From Flavobacterium sp. (GTDB lineage: Bacteria; Bacteroidota; Bacteroidia; Flavobacteriales; Flavobacteriaceae), in assembly GCA_036388535.1 (NCBI GenBank), contig DASVRQ010000051.1, positions 784-64,783 on the forward strand: 64,000 nucleotides of DNA, read 5' to 3'. The translations under genes were made by a program, and so were the position numbers. The notes under the pieces are model-generated. The model was not told where the DNA came from and ran no database searches. It saw only the letters and a program-made list of their open reading frames with translations. Below, piece after piece: positions 1-7,486 of the stretch. Positions within the stretch are counted from its first letter, which is position 1. Each line of letters begins with the position of its first letter.

Positions 1-199
1 CTTGTCCCGGGTCGGGAATTAATACGGCCGCCTGACCTTTTTGCGGGGCAAGCATCAGCGCAAGCAAACCTGTCGGAACAGCAGCAAGTGCGGCCTGTTT
101 GCTAATATTTCCAAATTGAGTTAAGCTTCCTCTTCGTGAAGTGGGCTGCTTCATCAACTCATCGTTTGTAAATGACTCTATAAATTTGATGATATTCAT
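1..199 (-). CDS. Ferritin-like domain protein, B-type copy 2 (5' part only; runs off the left edge)
   Basis: Not in the ORF track because its stop lies outside the window. Manual translation from ATG at 199: MNIIKFIESFTNDELMKQPTSRRGSLTQFGNISKQAALAAVPTGLLALMLAPQKGQAAVLIPDPGQ, a clear paralogue of the N-terminus of 1221..2030, including the SRR twin-arginine motif. Confidence 0.85.
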   Translation of the reverse strand, partial: MNIIKFIESFTNDELMKQPTSRRGSLTQFGNISKQAALAAVPTGLLALMLAPQKGQAAVLIPDPGQ

Positions 200-216
200 A
201 ACGTAGTATTTTTTAA

Positions 217-954
217 TTATGGTAAGTATTGCGCGGTGAAGTCGGTCGTGATAAGGTTTAGGGAATTGATTTCCGAAATGATCTGGGATGGCATTCTTGC
301 CGGATCAAGTGGATTTGGCGCAAAATTCGGAGTGTTCATGTCCATCATATTGCGAATTGCCGCTGCGTGACGTCCTTCAACCGAAACAATTTTCCCTGCA
401 ATCACCAAGTTCGCCGGATTGGTAAGATATCTTCCCGATCCGTTGTAAGCTGCAATTCCAGTGTCCTCCAAAGCAGCTGCAGTTGCAAGAACCGATGTCC
501 TGTTCCCGAAGTTCAGGTTTCCATAATTAAATTGCAGGTTAGGAAGAAGCTGCGTATCAGGATCTGGCAACATCTGTGTTAGCAGGTTGCGAAAGAATTC
601 CCGGTGCACGACTTCGTGTCCGTAGATTTCGACCATCGCTTGCTGTTCTTCCGCACTGAACGCGGTAGTAAAACCGCTGGCATTCACAACACGTGTTGTG
701 AAATCAGCTTCCAGTTGTTCCAATGCATAGGCATACGTAAGAATACCCAGATCGCCTCCTCCAAAATCGAACACGCCATCCCGCATTCCGGGTAATTGTG
801 AACTCGGCGGATTTTGTGGATCGTTGTCATCTTCATTGCAACCTGCAAACAACAATCCCGTCCCGGCGAGTGCAAGGCCGCTGATCTTTAAGAACTCGCG
901 TCTGTTCTTGCGTGGAGCAGGATTTACTTCATGAACTTTTACTTCATTTTTCAT
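217..954 (-). CDS. Ferritin-like domain protein (Ferritin_2 / desiccation-related type), Tat lipoprotein, A-type copy 2
   Basis: RREFLK Tat motif and FAGC lipobox; diiron pattern LEQLE, HEVVH, LEDTG, VEGRH. Confidence 0.85.
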   Translation of the reverse strand: MKNEVKVHEVNPAPRKNRREFLKISGLALAGTGLLFAGCNEDDNDPQNPPSSQLPGMRDGVFDFGGGDLGILTYAYALEQLEADFTTRVVNASGFTTAFSAEEQQAMVEIYGHEVVHREFFRNLLTQMLPDPDTQLLPNLQFNYGNLNFGNRTSVLATAAALEDTGIAAYNGSGRYLTNPANLVIAGKIVSVEGRHAAAIRNMMDMNTPNFAPNPLDPARMPSQIISEINSLNLITTDFTAQYLP

Positions 955-1163
955 AGTTTAAACATTTAAAAATATTAACAATGGCATCACCGGATAGGCG
1001 ATACTGGCTCAATTGAACTAATGGCTTTCAGTTTATTTATGTAAAGTTGGCTCATATTTTTATGGTGGTTATTGCAGAATTTTTTTGATTGTTTGTACGA
1101 TTTCCAATCGTGTTCAGATCCTGCATATTTAATTAGAACTGTGGAATATAGGAAACAAATTAC

Positions 1164-1195
1164 AAAAAAAAGGCCGTCTGTAGAACAGACGGCCT
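1164..1195 (-). terminator. Intrinsic terminator after ferritin-like B1
   Basis: 11-bp stem AGGCCGTCTGT-AGA-ACAGACGGCCT with an A-tract at 1164-1171 (U-tract on the minus strand). Confidence 0.85.
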
Positions 1196-1220
1196 CTCAA
1201 GAAATACTAACCGAAAAATT

Positions 1221-2030
1221 TTATACAATAAATAGATTTGCGATTGTAACAGTTTGCTGTGTAGTCAACGGCTCATCAAAAGATTCTGAACCAGCCGAAG
1301 CACCAAATGCTGTTGCAGTATTAAATCCTGCCTGCATCGTCGTTTGTTCACCATCATAAACTGCTTGTGCGGCTTCAGGCAATCCGCCGCGATCGTTTCC
1401 TACAATCCAGCCTTTTTGTCCGCGTAAGCGACGTACTTCAGAAGCGTGACGTGCCTCAACAGAGTGAATCTGCAAAGCAGCAGTCAAAAGATCAGGCGTA
1501 GAAATTAAATTTCCGGCTTGTCCTTTATATGCTCTAACTCCGGTATCCTCAAAGGCTTGCGCCAATGCTAGAAAAACCTGGTAATCGTCAAATGGGTTGA
1601 ATGCACCGCCGACAGTGAAATCAAAAGTCGGTTTCGCTACAAAATTAGCGCTTCCTGTTCCACCTAATCCTGCAATCAGAAACGCAACGTGGTCGGCTTC
1701 ATGAGCAGCAATCTGTTGAAATACTTTCAAGTCACGACCTGCGTTCTCACTCGCTGGAATTACTCCTGAATCCAATCCCATCTGGTAAAATTCATTTTCC
1801 AAATATTCCAATGTCAATGCGAGTTGCAAGGCACCGATTGGCGTTGCAGGCGTTGGAGTAATGTCAGCCGCGCTTGCTCTGCTTGTCAATGCTGCCATTC
1901 CGAATGGAACCGAAGCATACGCAAGATTTTTTCCTAACTGGCCAAACTGACCCAAACTTTCCCTTCTTGAGCCTTTACTCTGCATGATGCTTTCATTGGT
2001 AAACGACTCGATAAATTTTAATATGTTCAT
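1221..2030 (-). CDS. Ferritin-like domain protein, Tat/SPI signal, B-type copy 1
   Basis: SRRESL twin-arginine motif and ASA cleavage site; LEYLENEFY, HEADH, FEDTG, VEARH diiron motifs. Confidence 0.85.
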   Translation of the reverse strand: MNILKFIESFTNESIMQSKGSRRESLGQFGQLGKNLAYASVPFGMAALTSRASAADITPTPATPIGALQLALTLEYLENEFYQMGLDSGVIPASENAGRDLKVFQQIAAHEADHVAFLIAGLGGTGSANFVAKPTFDFTVGGAFNPFDDYQVFLALAQAFEDTGVRAYKGQAGNLISTPDLLTAALQIHSVEARHASEVRRLRGQKGWIVGNDRGGLPEAAQAVYDGEQTTMQAGFNTATAFGASAGSESFDEPLTTQQTVTIANLFIV

Positions 2031-2047
2031 TGTTGTTGAATTAGAAG

Positions 2048-2800
2048 TTATGGTAAATACATTGCAGTAAAGTCGGTAGTAATGAAGCCACCTGCAACAG
2101 GAAGAATCATAGAAGGATCTTTGGCAACATCAAGGCCTGTCATTGTATTTACAACATCGTCACCTGCAAAATCTTTAGAGTTCGGGTTGATCAGGCTTCT
2201 GATCGCCGATGCGTGGCGTGCTTCAACCGAAACGATTTTACCTGCCAATAATAAGTAATCAGGATTAGTCAGTAATTTTCCAGCACCATTATATGCTGCA
2301 ACTCCAGTATCTTCAAGTGCTTTTGCCGTGGCAAGAACCTGGTCGCGATTGCTGAAATTCAACGCTCCATAATTAAACTGTAATGTAGGTAGAAGTTGTG
2401 ACGCAGCATCAGGTAACGCTCCGCTCAACGCTGCCTGGAAGAAGTCGCGGTGAATTACCTCATGATGATACAAATCCATTAATACCTGCTGGTCTTCATC
2501 AGGAAAACTGTTGAATCCATTGGCATTGACGACTCTAGTGTAGAAGTCAGCCTCAAGCTGCTCAAGTGCATAAGCATACGTCAATACGCCAAAATCCCCG
2601 CCTCCTAAATCAAAAATTCCGTTTCGAACTCCTGGTAGTTGGTTTGATGATGGCGGGTTGTTGTTGTTGCCATCGTCGTCGCTGCTGCAACCAGCCATTA
2701 CCAAACCGGTACCAACCAGGGTTAGTCCGCTGATTTTCAGGAAGCTCCTTCTGTTCGTGCCAGTCGGATTAACTTCATGAATCTTTACTGCGTTTTTCAT
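2048..2800 (-). CDS. Ferritin-like domain protein, Tat lipoprotein, A-type copy 1
   Basis: RRSFLK Tat motif and MAGC lipobox; LEQLEADFY, HEVIH, LEDTG, VEARH. Confidence 0.85.
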   Translation of the reverse strand: MKNAVKIHEVNPTGTNRRSFLKISGLTLVGTGLVMAGCSSDDDGNNNNPPSSNQLPGVRNGIFDLGGGDFGVLTYAYALEQLEADFYTRVVNANGFNSFPDEDQQVLMDLYHHEVIHRDFFQAALSGALPDAASQLLPTLQFNYGALNFSNRDQVLATAKALEDTGVAAYNGAGKLLTNPDYLLLAGKIVSVEARHASAIRSLINPNSKDFAGDDVVNTMTGLDVAKDPSMILPVAGGFITTDFTAMYLP

Positions 2801-2967
2801 AAATAAATTATTAAAGGTTAATATTATTGGTTAGAGTCTACGATTTGCCCTAACCGGTAAGTAATTTACGATGAAAATGTGCGGCTGGATTTCCATATTG
2901 TTGCATGATTAAGCTAATTCGTTACAGAATTTGCAGATTTTATAGTAATTTTATCGAAAGAACTCCA

Positions 2968-4002
2968 ATGAAAGAAAAAGCCACTTTAAAACAGATCGCA
3001 AAAGACTTGCATGTGTCGGTGTCAACTGTGTCGAAAGCATTGAACGACAGTCCGGAAATCAGTGACCAGACGAAGATAAAAATCCGTGAATACGCCAAGC
3101 TTAAAAACTACAAGCCAAATGTTATCGGCCTTAATCTTAAAAATCGCAAGACAAAAACAATAGGTGTGATTATTCCCAATATCCTGAACTCCTTTTTTGC
3201 CAAGGTCTTTACCGGGATCGAAAAAGTTGCGGAGGAAAAAGGTTACAACGTAATTACCTGTATTTCGGACGAATCCCTTACGAAGGAAATCCATGTGCTT
3301 GAAATGTTGAGTAATGGTACGATAGACGGATTCATTCTGTCAATATCCGAGGAAGCGCAAAAGCTACAGGAGTTCGGGCATTTCAAACAGATCATCAACG
3401 AAGGAACGCCAATCGTAATGTTTGACCGGATATCGGATGAAATTGATTGCGATAAAGTAATTGTTGACGATTTCGATTCGGCGTTGAACGCAACCAAGCA
3501 TTTGATCGACACCGGCTGCAAACAAATTGCATTGCTTTCGTCGATAGACAATTTAAGTGTCGGGAAATTGCGCGCCAAAGGATATTTTGAAGCTTTAAAA
3601 CTAAACAACATTGAGGTTGATAACGACTTTATTGTACTTTCCGATAGCACAGAAGATTTAGATACGCGTCTTCAGGCACTTTTTGCAGCCGTTAAACCAG
3701 ATGGAATTTTTGCGCTTGACGAACATGCCGCTGTTGCAGCGATGAAGACAGCGATCAAAAATGGCTATTCAATACCCGACGAGGTTTCTATAATAGGCTT
3801 TGCAGACGGTGTTTGGTCGAAAAGGCTCACGCCAAGTTTATCGACGGTCAGCCAGCACGGGCCCGAGATAGGTGAGGCTGCTGCAAATATGCTTATAGAA
3901 GCCCTGCAAAATGATGATGAAGAATATCGGTACAGAACGAACGTGATTAAAACCGAATTGCGTCATCGGGAGTCGACCCGTAAAATTGCTGTTGTAAAAT
4001 GA
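2968..4002 (+). CDS. LacI-family transcriptional regulator
   Basis: N-terminal HTH TLKQIAKDLHVSVSTVSKALN, IGVIIP linker and periplasmic-binding-protein-like sensor domain (PSLSTVSQ). Start moved to ATG 2968, just before the HTH. Confidence 0.92.
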   Translation: MKEKATLKQIAKDLHVSVSTVSKALNDSPEISDQTKIKIREYAKLKNYKPNVIGLNLKNRKTKTIGVIIPNILNSFFAKVFTGIEKVAEEKGYNVITCISDESLTKEIHVLEMLSNGTIDGFILSISEEAQKLQEFGHFKQIINEGTPIVMFDRISDEIDCDKVIVDDFDSALNATKHLIDTGCKQIALLSSIDNLSVGKLRAKGYFEALKLNNIEVDNDFIVLSDSTEDLDTRLQALFAAVKPDGIFALDEHAAVAAMKTAIKNGYSIPDEVSIIGFADGVWSKRLTPSLSTVSQHGPEIGEAAANMLIEALQNDDEEYRYRTNVIKTELRHRESTRKIAVVK

Positions 4003-4055
4003 GTTCTCTTTTAAAAAATAGTTATATTTATCACCTAAAAATCAGCAATTTAGCC

Positions 4056-4565
4056 ATGAAAAAATTAATTGTGTTTGGATTATTATTAATGACAACCTTG
4101 AGTTTTTCGCAAGATGTATTCGAAATCGCGCGCAGCGGCTCGGTTACCGAAGCGGAAGCACTTTTGAAGAATAACCCGCAAGCCTTTAATGCGGTAAGTC
4201 CCGAAGGCTTCTCACCGCTACTGTTAGCTTGCTATCGCGGGAACAGCGAAGTAGCAAAGCTGCTCATCAAGAACGGAAGCGATGTCAATGGCAAGAGCAA
4301 TATGGGAACACCTTTAATGGCGGCAGTTGTTAAAGGAAATTCCGAGATTGCGCAACTTTTGCTTAACAATAGAGCCGATCCAAACAGTACCGATTCCAAT
4401 GGGACTACTGCTTTAATGTATGCGGCCCAATTCAAAAACGCTGATCTTGTACAAATGCTTTTGAAGCACAAGGCCGACAAATCAAAAGTTGACAAAAATG
4501 GCAAAACTGCATTTGAATATGCCGCCTTTTCAGAAAATGAAACAATTATTAACTTATTAAAATAA
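4056..4565 (+). CDS. Secreted ankyrin-repeat protein
   Basis: Signal peptide MKKLIVFGLLLMTTLSFSQ; repeats GFSPLLLAC, MGTPLMAAV, GTTALMYAA, GKTAFEYAA. Start moved to ATG 4056. Confidence 0.9.
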   Translation: MKKLIVFGLLLMTTLSFSQDVFEIARSGSVTEAEALLKNNPQAFNAVSPEGFSPLLLACYRGNSEVAKLLIKNGSDVNGKSNMGTPLMAAVVKGNSEIAQLLLNNRADPNSTDSNGTTALMYAAQFKNADLVQMLLKHKADKSKVDKNGKTAFEYAAFSENETIINLLK

Positions 4566-4570
4566 CAAAC

Positions 4571-5335
4571 ATGAGGAAAATTACATTACTGCTTATTCTT
4601 TTTACTGTTGCTGGATTTTCACAGCAAAAAACGACTGGTCCCATTTCATTTCTTCCCGGATTGACTGCCGGGGTTTTGCTTGACAGCCCATCTTCTATGG
4701 TTACAATCGCTATTGAAGGTCCTGCTGACAGGTGGTTTGCACTCACACTTGGAAATTTTGGGCAGCCTGGAGCAATGAGTGCCGGAAACGATGTTGTATA
4801 TTATAACGGAACAACTTTGGTTGACGCAAGGCATAACGGGCAAGGAGTCGCTCCGAGTCCGGATGCAGTTAACAATTGGGTTGTATTATCCAATACTGTG
4901 AACGCTGGCGTTCGAACGCTTGTCGCAACTCGTCCGTTTGTTGGCGATGCGAATGACTACGTGTTTAGCTTTTCAGACACTAACGTCAGTCTTGCGGCAG
5001 CACATGCAGCATCGGCAATATTAAACACATTGCAGTACCACCAAACAAATCGAAACAATATGGGAAGTGTTCCTTTTACGAATCTTGGTGTTGCTGAGGT
5101 CTCGCTTCACGGATCGCAACTTTATCCTAATCCGTCGAACGGAGAATTCCTGATCAAAACGACCGTATTTCTTGAAAAAGTAACAATATACTCGCAAACT
5201 GGTGCTTTGGTTAAGACCATTGAAGTGAATTCGGATGCGGGAGAAATTAGAGTGGACGGGCTTCAGGCAGGCATATACCTTGTGGAGTTGCAGAACAGTA
5301 CGGAAAAATCCTGGAAAAAGATTATTGTCAATTAA
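4571..5335 (+). CDS. T9SS type A sorting-domain protein with a DOMON-like N-terminal domain
   Basis: Signal peptide; C-terminal LYPNPSNG...GIYLVEL...KKIIVN is a type A CTD; the N-domain has the WFALTLG...GAMSAGND and YHQTNR pattern of DOMON domains. Confidence 0.8.
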   Translation: MRKITLLLILFTVAGFSQQKTTGPISFLPGLTAGVLLDSPSSMVTIAIEGPADRWFALTLGNFGQPGAMSAGNDVVYYNGTTLVDARHNGQGVAPSPDAVNNWVVLSNTVNAGVRTLVATRPFVGDANDYVFSFSDTNVSLAAAHAASAILNTLQYHQTNRNNMGSVPFTNLGVAEVSLHGSQLYPNPSNGEFLIKTTVFLEKVTIYSQTGALVKTIEVNSDAGEIRVDGLQAGIYLVELQNSTEKSWKKIIVN

Positions 5336-5353
5336 AGTTCTTTCGAATAGTAG

Positions 5354-5382
5354 AAAAAACCGGCATATTAGCCGGTTTTTTT
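5354..5382. terminator. Bidirectional intrinsic terminator between convergent genes
   Basis: AAAAAACCGGC-ATATTA-GCCGGTTTTTT with U-tracts available on both strands. Confidence 0.85.
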
Positions 5383-6694
5383 ATTCTTTGCTAAGTTCAA
5401 ATTCACCGCCACCTTGCTTCAGCACCATTTTATTTTCGGTAAAAATCAGAGTAAGTCCAGCAGGACGAAACATAAATTCTTTTTCACTGATTGCATCCAA
5501 CGGGAATGATGATTGTCCTGTAGCTTGTCCGATGAGTGTCGAACCGTCGCGCCGAATATTAATTTTTAGCGGAAAACCTGGCGATGAATATGTTCCTTCA
5601 TGTTTTGTCAGGATCGATTCGTCTACGTGAAGCTTTTCCAGGTTTGGGAACATGAACGGAACATTGAAATGATAGCTTAAAATCCCGATTGCAATGTCAT
5701 TATTATTACGGCCTTTTCCATTTGAACATATGGCAAGTGCGACTTTTTGTTCGGGCAAGTAACCCAACATTGATACAAACGCCTCGATTCCACCTGTATG
5801 TCCGAAACCTTTTTTCGAACCAAAAGGAACCGGAAATATTCCGCGGCCATATCCGTCGGTGATTTTTGTCATCTGCGCAAGCGATTCCGGTTTAATGATC
5901 TTTCCGACAAACAATCCCTCAATGAACCTTGTTAGATCCGATGCCGTGCTCACCATTGCGCCGGCTGAACCCGCGAGTGACATGTCCCATGGGTCTTCAA
6001 TTATCCATTTGTTGCCAAGGTCTCTATAGGAATATGCTTCATTTTTCGCCGGATTCGTAACATTGCCGTAGAAAGTGCTCGTAAGCTTGAGTGGCTTGAT
6101 GATGCGGTCAGCAACATTTTGCCCGTAGCTCTTCTTGGTTAGGTCTTCGATGATAAAGCCTAGCAACATATAGTTTGAGTTGCTGTATTCCGACTTTGTA
6201 TTGGGTGTAAAATGAGGTTGATATGATTTGATGAGGTCTATAAGATTCGATCTCGTATACGTTTTTCGGTTCATTTCTGCGAACTTCTCATCATCAGTAT
6301 AATTGAAAATCCCGCTGCGGTGCTCCAGCAGATTGGCAACGGTAATAAGTTCAGCGTTTGGGATCTGTGGATAGTAAGTTGCAAGTTTTGTGTCTAAGGT
6401 AAGTTTTCCGTCTTCTATCAGTTGGAAGATAACAGCCGCAGTAAACATTTTGGTGATTGAGCCAATTTTATACTTTGTGTTTTTGTCTGCTTTTGCCTTA
6501 GTAGCGATATCGCGAAAACCGTAAGCCTTTTCAAATATGATCTTGCCATTTTCTGACAAAGCAACCGATCCCATAAATTCGTTCTTGCTTTCATAATAGG
6601 TCAGCAGACTGTCGATCTTTTTTAATGAAGCAGCATTTTGTGCGGCAATTGGCATTGATAATGCTGCGATGAGAAGCAGGCAGATTGTTTTCAT
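5381..6694 (-). CDS. Serine hydrolase, class C beta-lactamase / D-Ala-D-Ala peptidase family, with small C-terminal domain
   Basis: SxxK motif GSITKMF, YSN motif (YSNSNY), HTG motif (GHTGG); signal peptide. Confidence 0.88.
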   Translation of the reverse strand: MKTICLLLIAALSMPIAAQNAASLKKIDSLLTYYESKNEFMGSVALSENGKIIFEKAYGFRDIATKAKADKNTKYKIGSITKMFTAAVIFQLIEDGKLTLDTKLATYYPQIPNAELITVANLLEHRSGIFNYTDDEKFAEMNRKTYTRSNLIDLIKSYQPHFTPNTKSEYSNSNYMLLGFIIEDLTKKSYGQNVADRIIKPLKLTSTFYGNVTNPAKNEAYSYRDLGNKWIIEDPWDMSLAGSAGAMVSTASDLTRFIEGLFVGKIIKPESLAQMTKITDGYGRGIFPVPFGSKKGFGHTGGIEAFVSMLGYLPEQKVALAICSNGKGRNNNDIAIGILSYHFNVPFMFPNLEKLHVDESILTKHEGTYSSPGFPLKINIRRDGSTLIGQATGQSSFPLDAISEKEFMFRPAGLTLIFTENKMVLKQGGGEFELSKE

Positions 6695-6707
6695 TTCTCA
6701 ATTAAGT

Positions 6708-6735
6708 AAAAAGGCAAGTATTTCTACCTGCCTTT
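6708..6735 (-). terminator. Intrinsic terminator after the DUF1579 gene
   Basis: Minus strand AAAGGCAGGTA-GAAA-TACTTGCCTTTTT (one G-U pair). Confidence 0.7.
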
Positions 6736-6748
6736 ATTGGAGTTAAAG

Positions 6749-7399
6749 TTATTTTCTGCGTTTCAAATTCATTTCCATTGATTTATACTCTTTTCCGTCA
6801 GGAGTAACATCATACATCACCATTTTACGCGTATCGCTGTCGACTATCGTATACAGCTCGCGATATGGTTTCTGCTTTCCTGTCGTTGGATCGGTCGCAT
6901 TGCCTTTGAGCTCAATTGTTTTTGAGGAAGGATTATAGTCGCCGGTCAGATACATGATTCCCGTTCCCATATTGTCAACCCAAGTTCCAACGATTTTCTT
7001 TGATGCATTGTCGTAACCCATTGTCGATATTCCTTCAAAAGGCATTCCCATTATCGTTCCTGAATGTTTACTGTGTTGATAACGGCCTCCTAAAATCATT
7101 GTGTTCACAGCTGTCATTTTGCTCTTGGTCGGATTTTGGTCATCGGGTCCCATCCACATTATTGATTCTTCATCCCAAGTTCCAACTTCGGATGCAAACA
7201 TTTTATGCATATCACCCGGGGTTGCGTAATTTTCCCAGGCTTTCATCATCGCAGCAGAATCCATTGGAGCCGCTGCAGGTTCTTCTTTTGCTACACCTGT
7301 TGAATCGGTCGTTTTAGTGTCGATCGCTTTGTCTTCAACATTTTTACACGCAACAGCCATTAAAGCCATGACAAAAAGAGATAAATAAACTTTTTTCAT
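6749..7399 (-). CDS. DUF1579-family lipoprotein
   Basis: MAVAC lipobox; WENYATPGDMHK, ILGGRY, GTWVDNMGTG motifs typical of the family. Confidence 0.75.
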   Translation of the reverse strand: MKKVYLSLFVMALMAVACKNVEDKAIDTKTTDSTGVAKEEPAAAPMDSAAMMKAWENYATPGDMHKMFASEVGTWDEESIMWMGPDDQNPTKSKMTAVNTMILGGRYQHSKHSGTIMGMPFEGISTMGYDNASKKIVGTWVDNMGTGIMYLTGDYNPSSKTIELKGNATDPTTGKQKPYRELYTIVDSDTRKMVMYDVTPDGKEYKSMEMNLKRRK

Positions 7400-7486
7400 A
7401 TTATAAAGGATTAGTGGTTATCAGTTAGTTCGTTAAAATTAAGAAAAATTTAAAAACTACGACTGTCTATAATTTTCTTTTTACTC

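Noticed and set aside
1072-1359. 95-aa plus-strand ORF over the B1/A2 spacer
   Set aside because: Crosses a terminator and the 3' end of B1 on the opposite strand; no recognisable motif.
2850-2861. Near-palindrome CTAACCGGTAAG as a LacI operator
   Set aside because: Short, one mismatch, single copy, and lacks the outer TG/CA of typical LacI operators; not distinguishable from chance.
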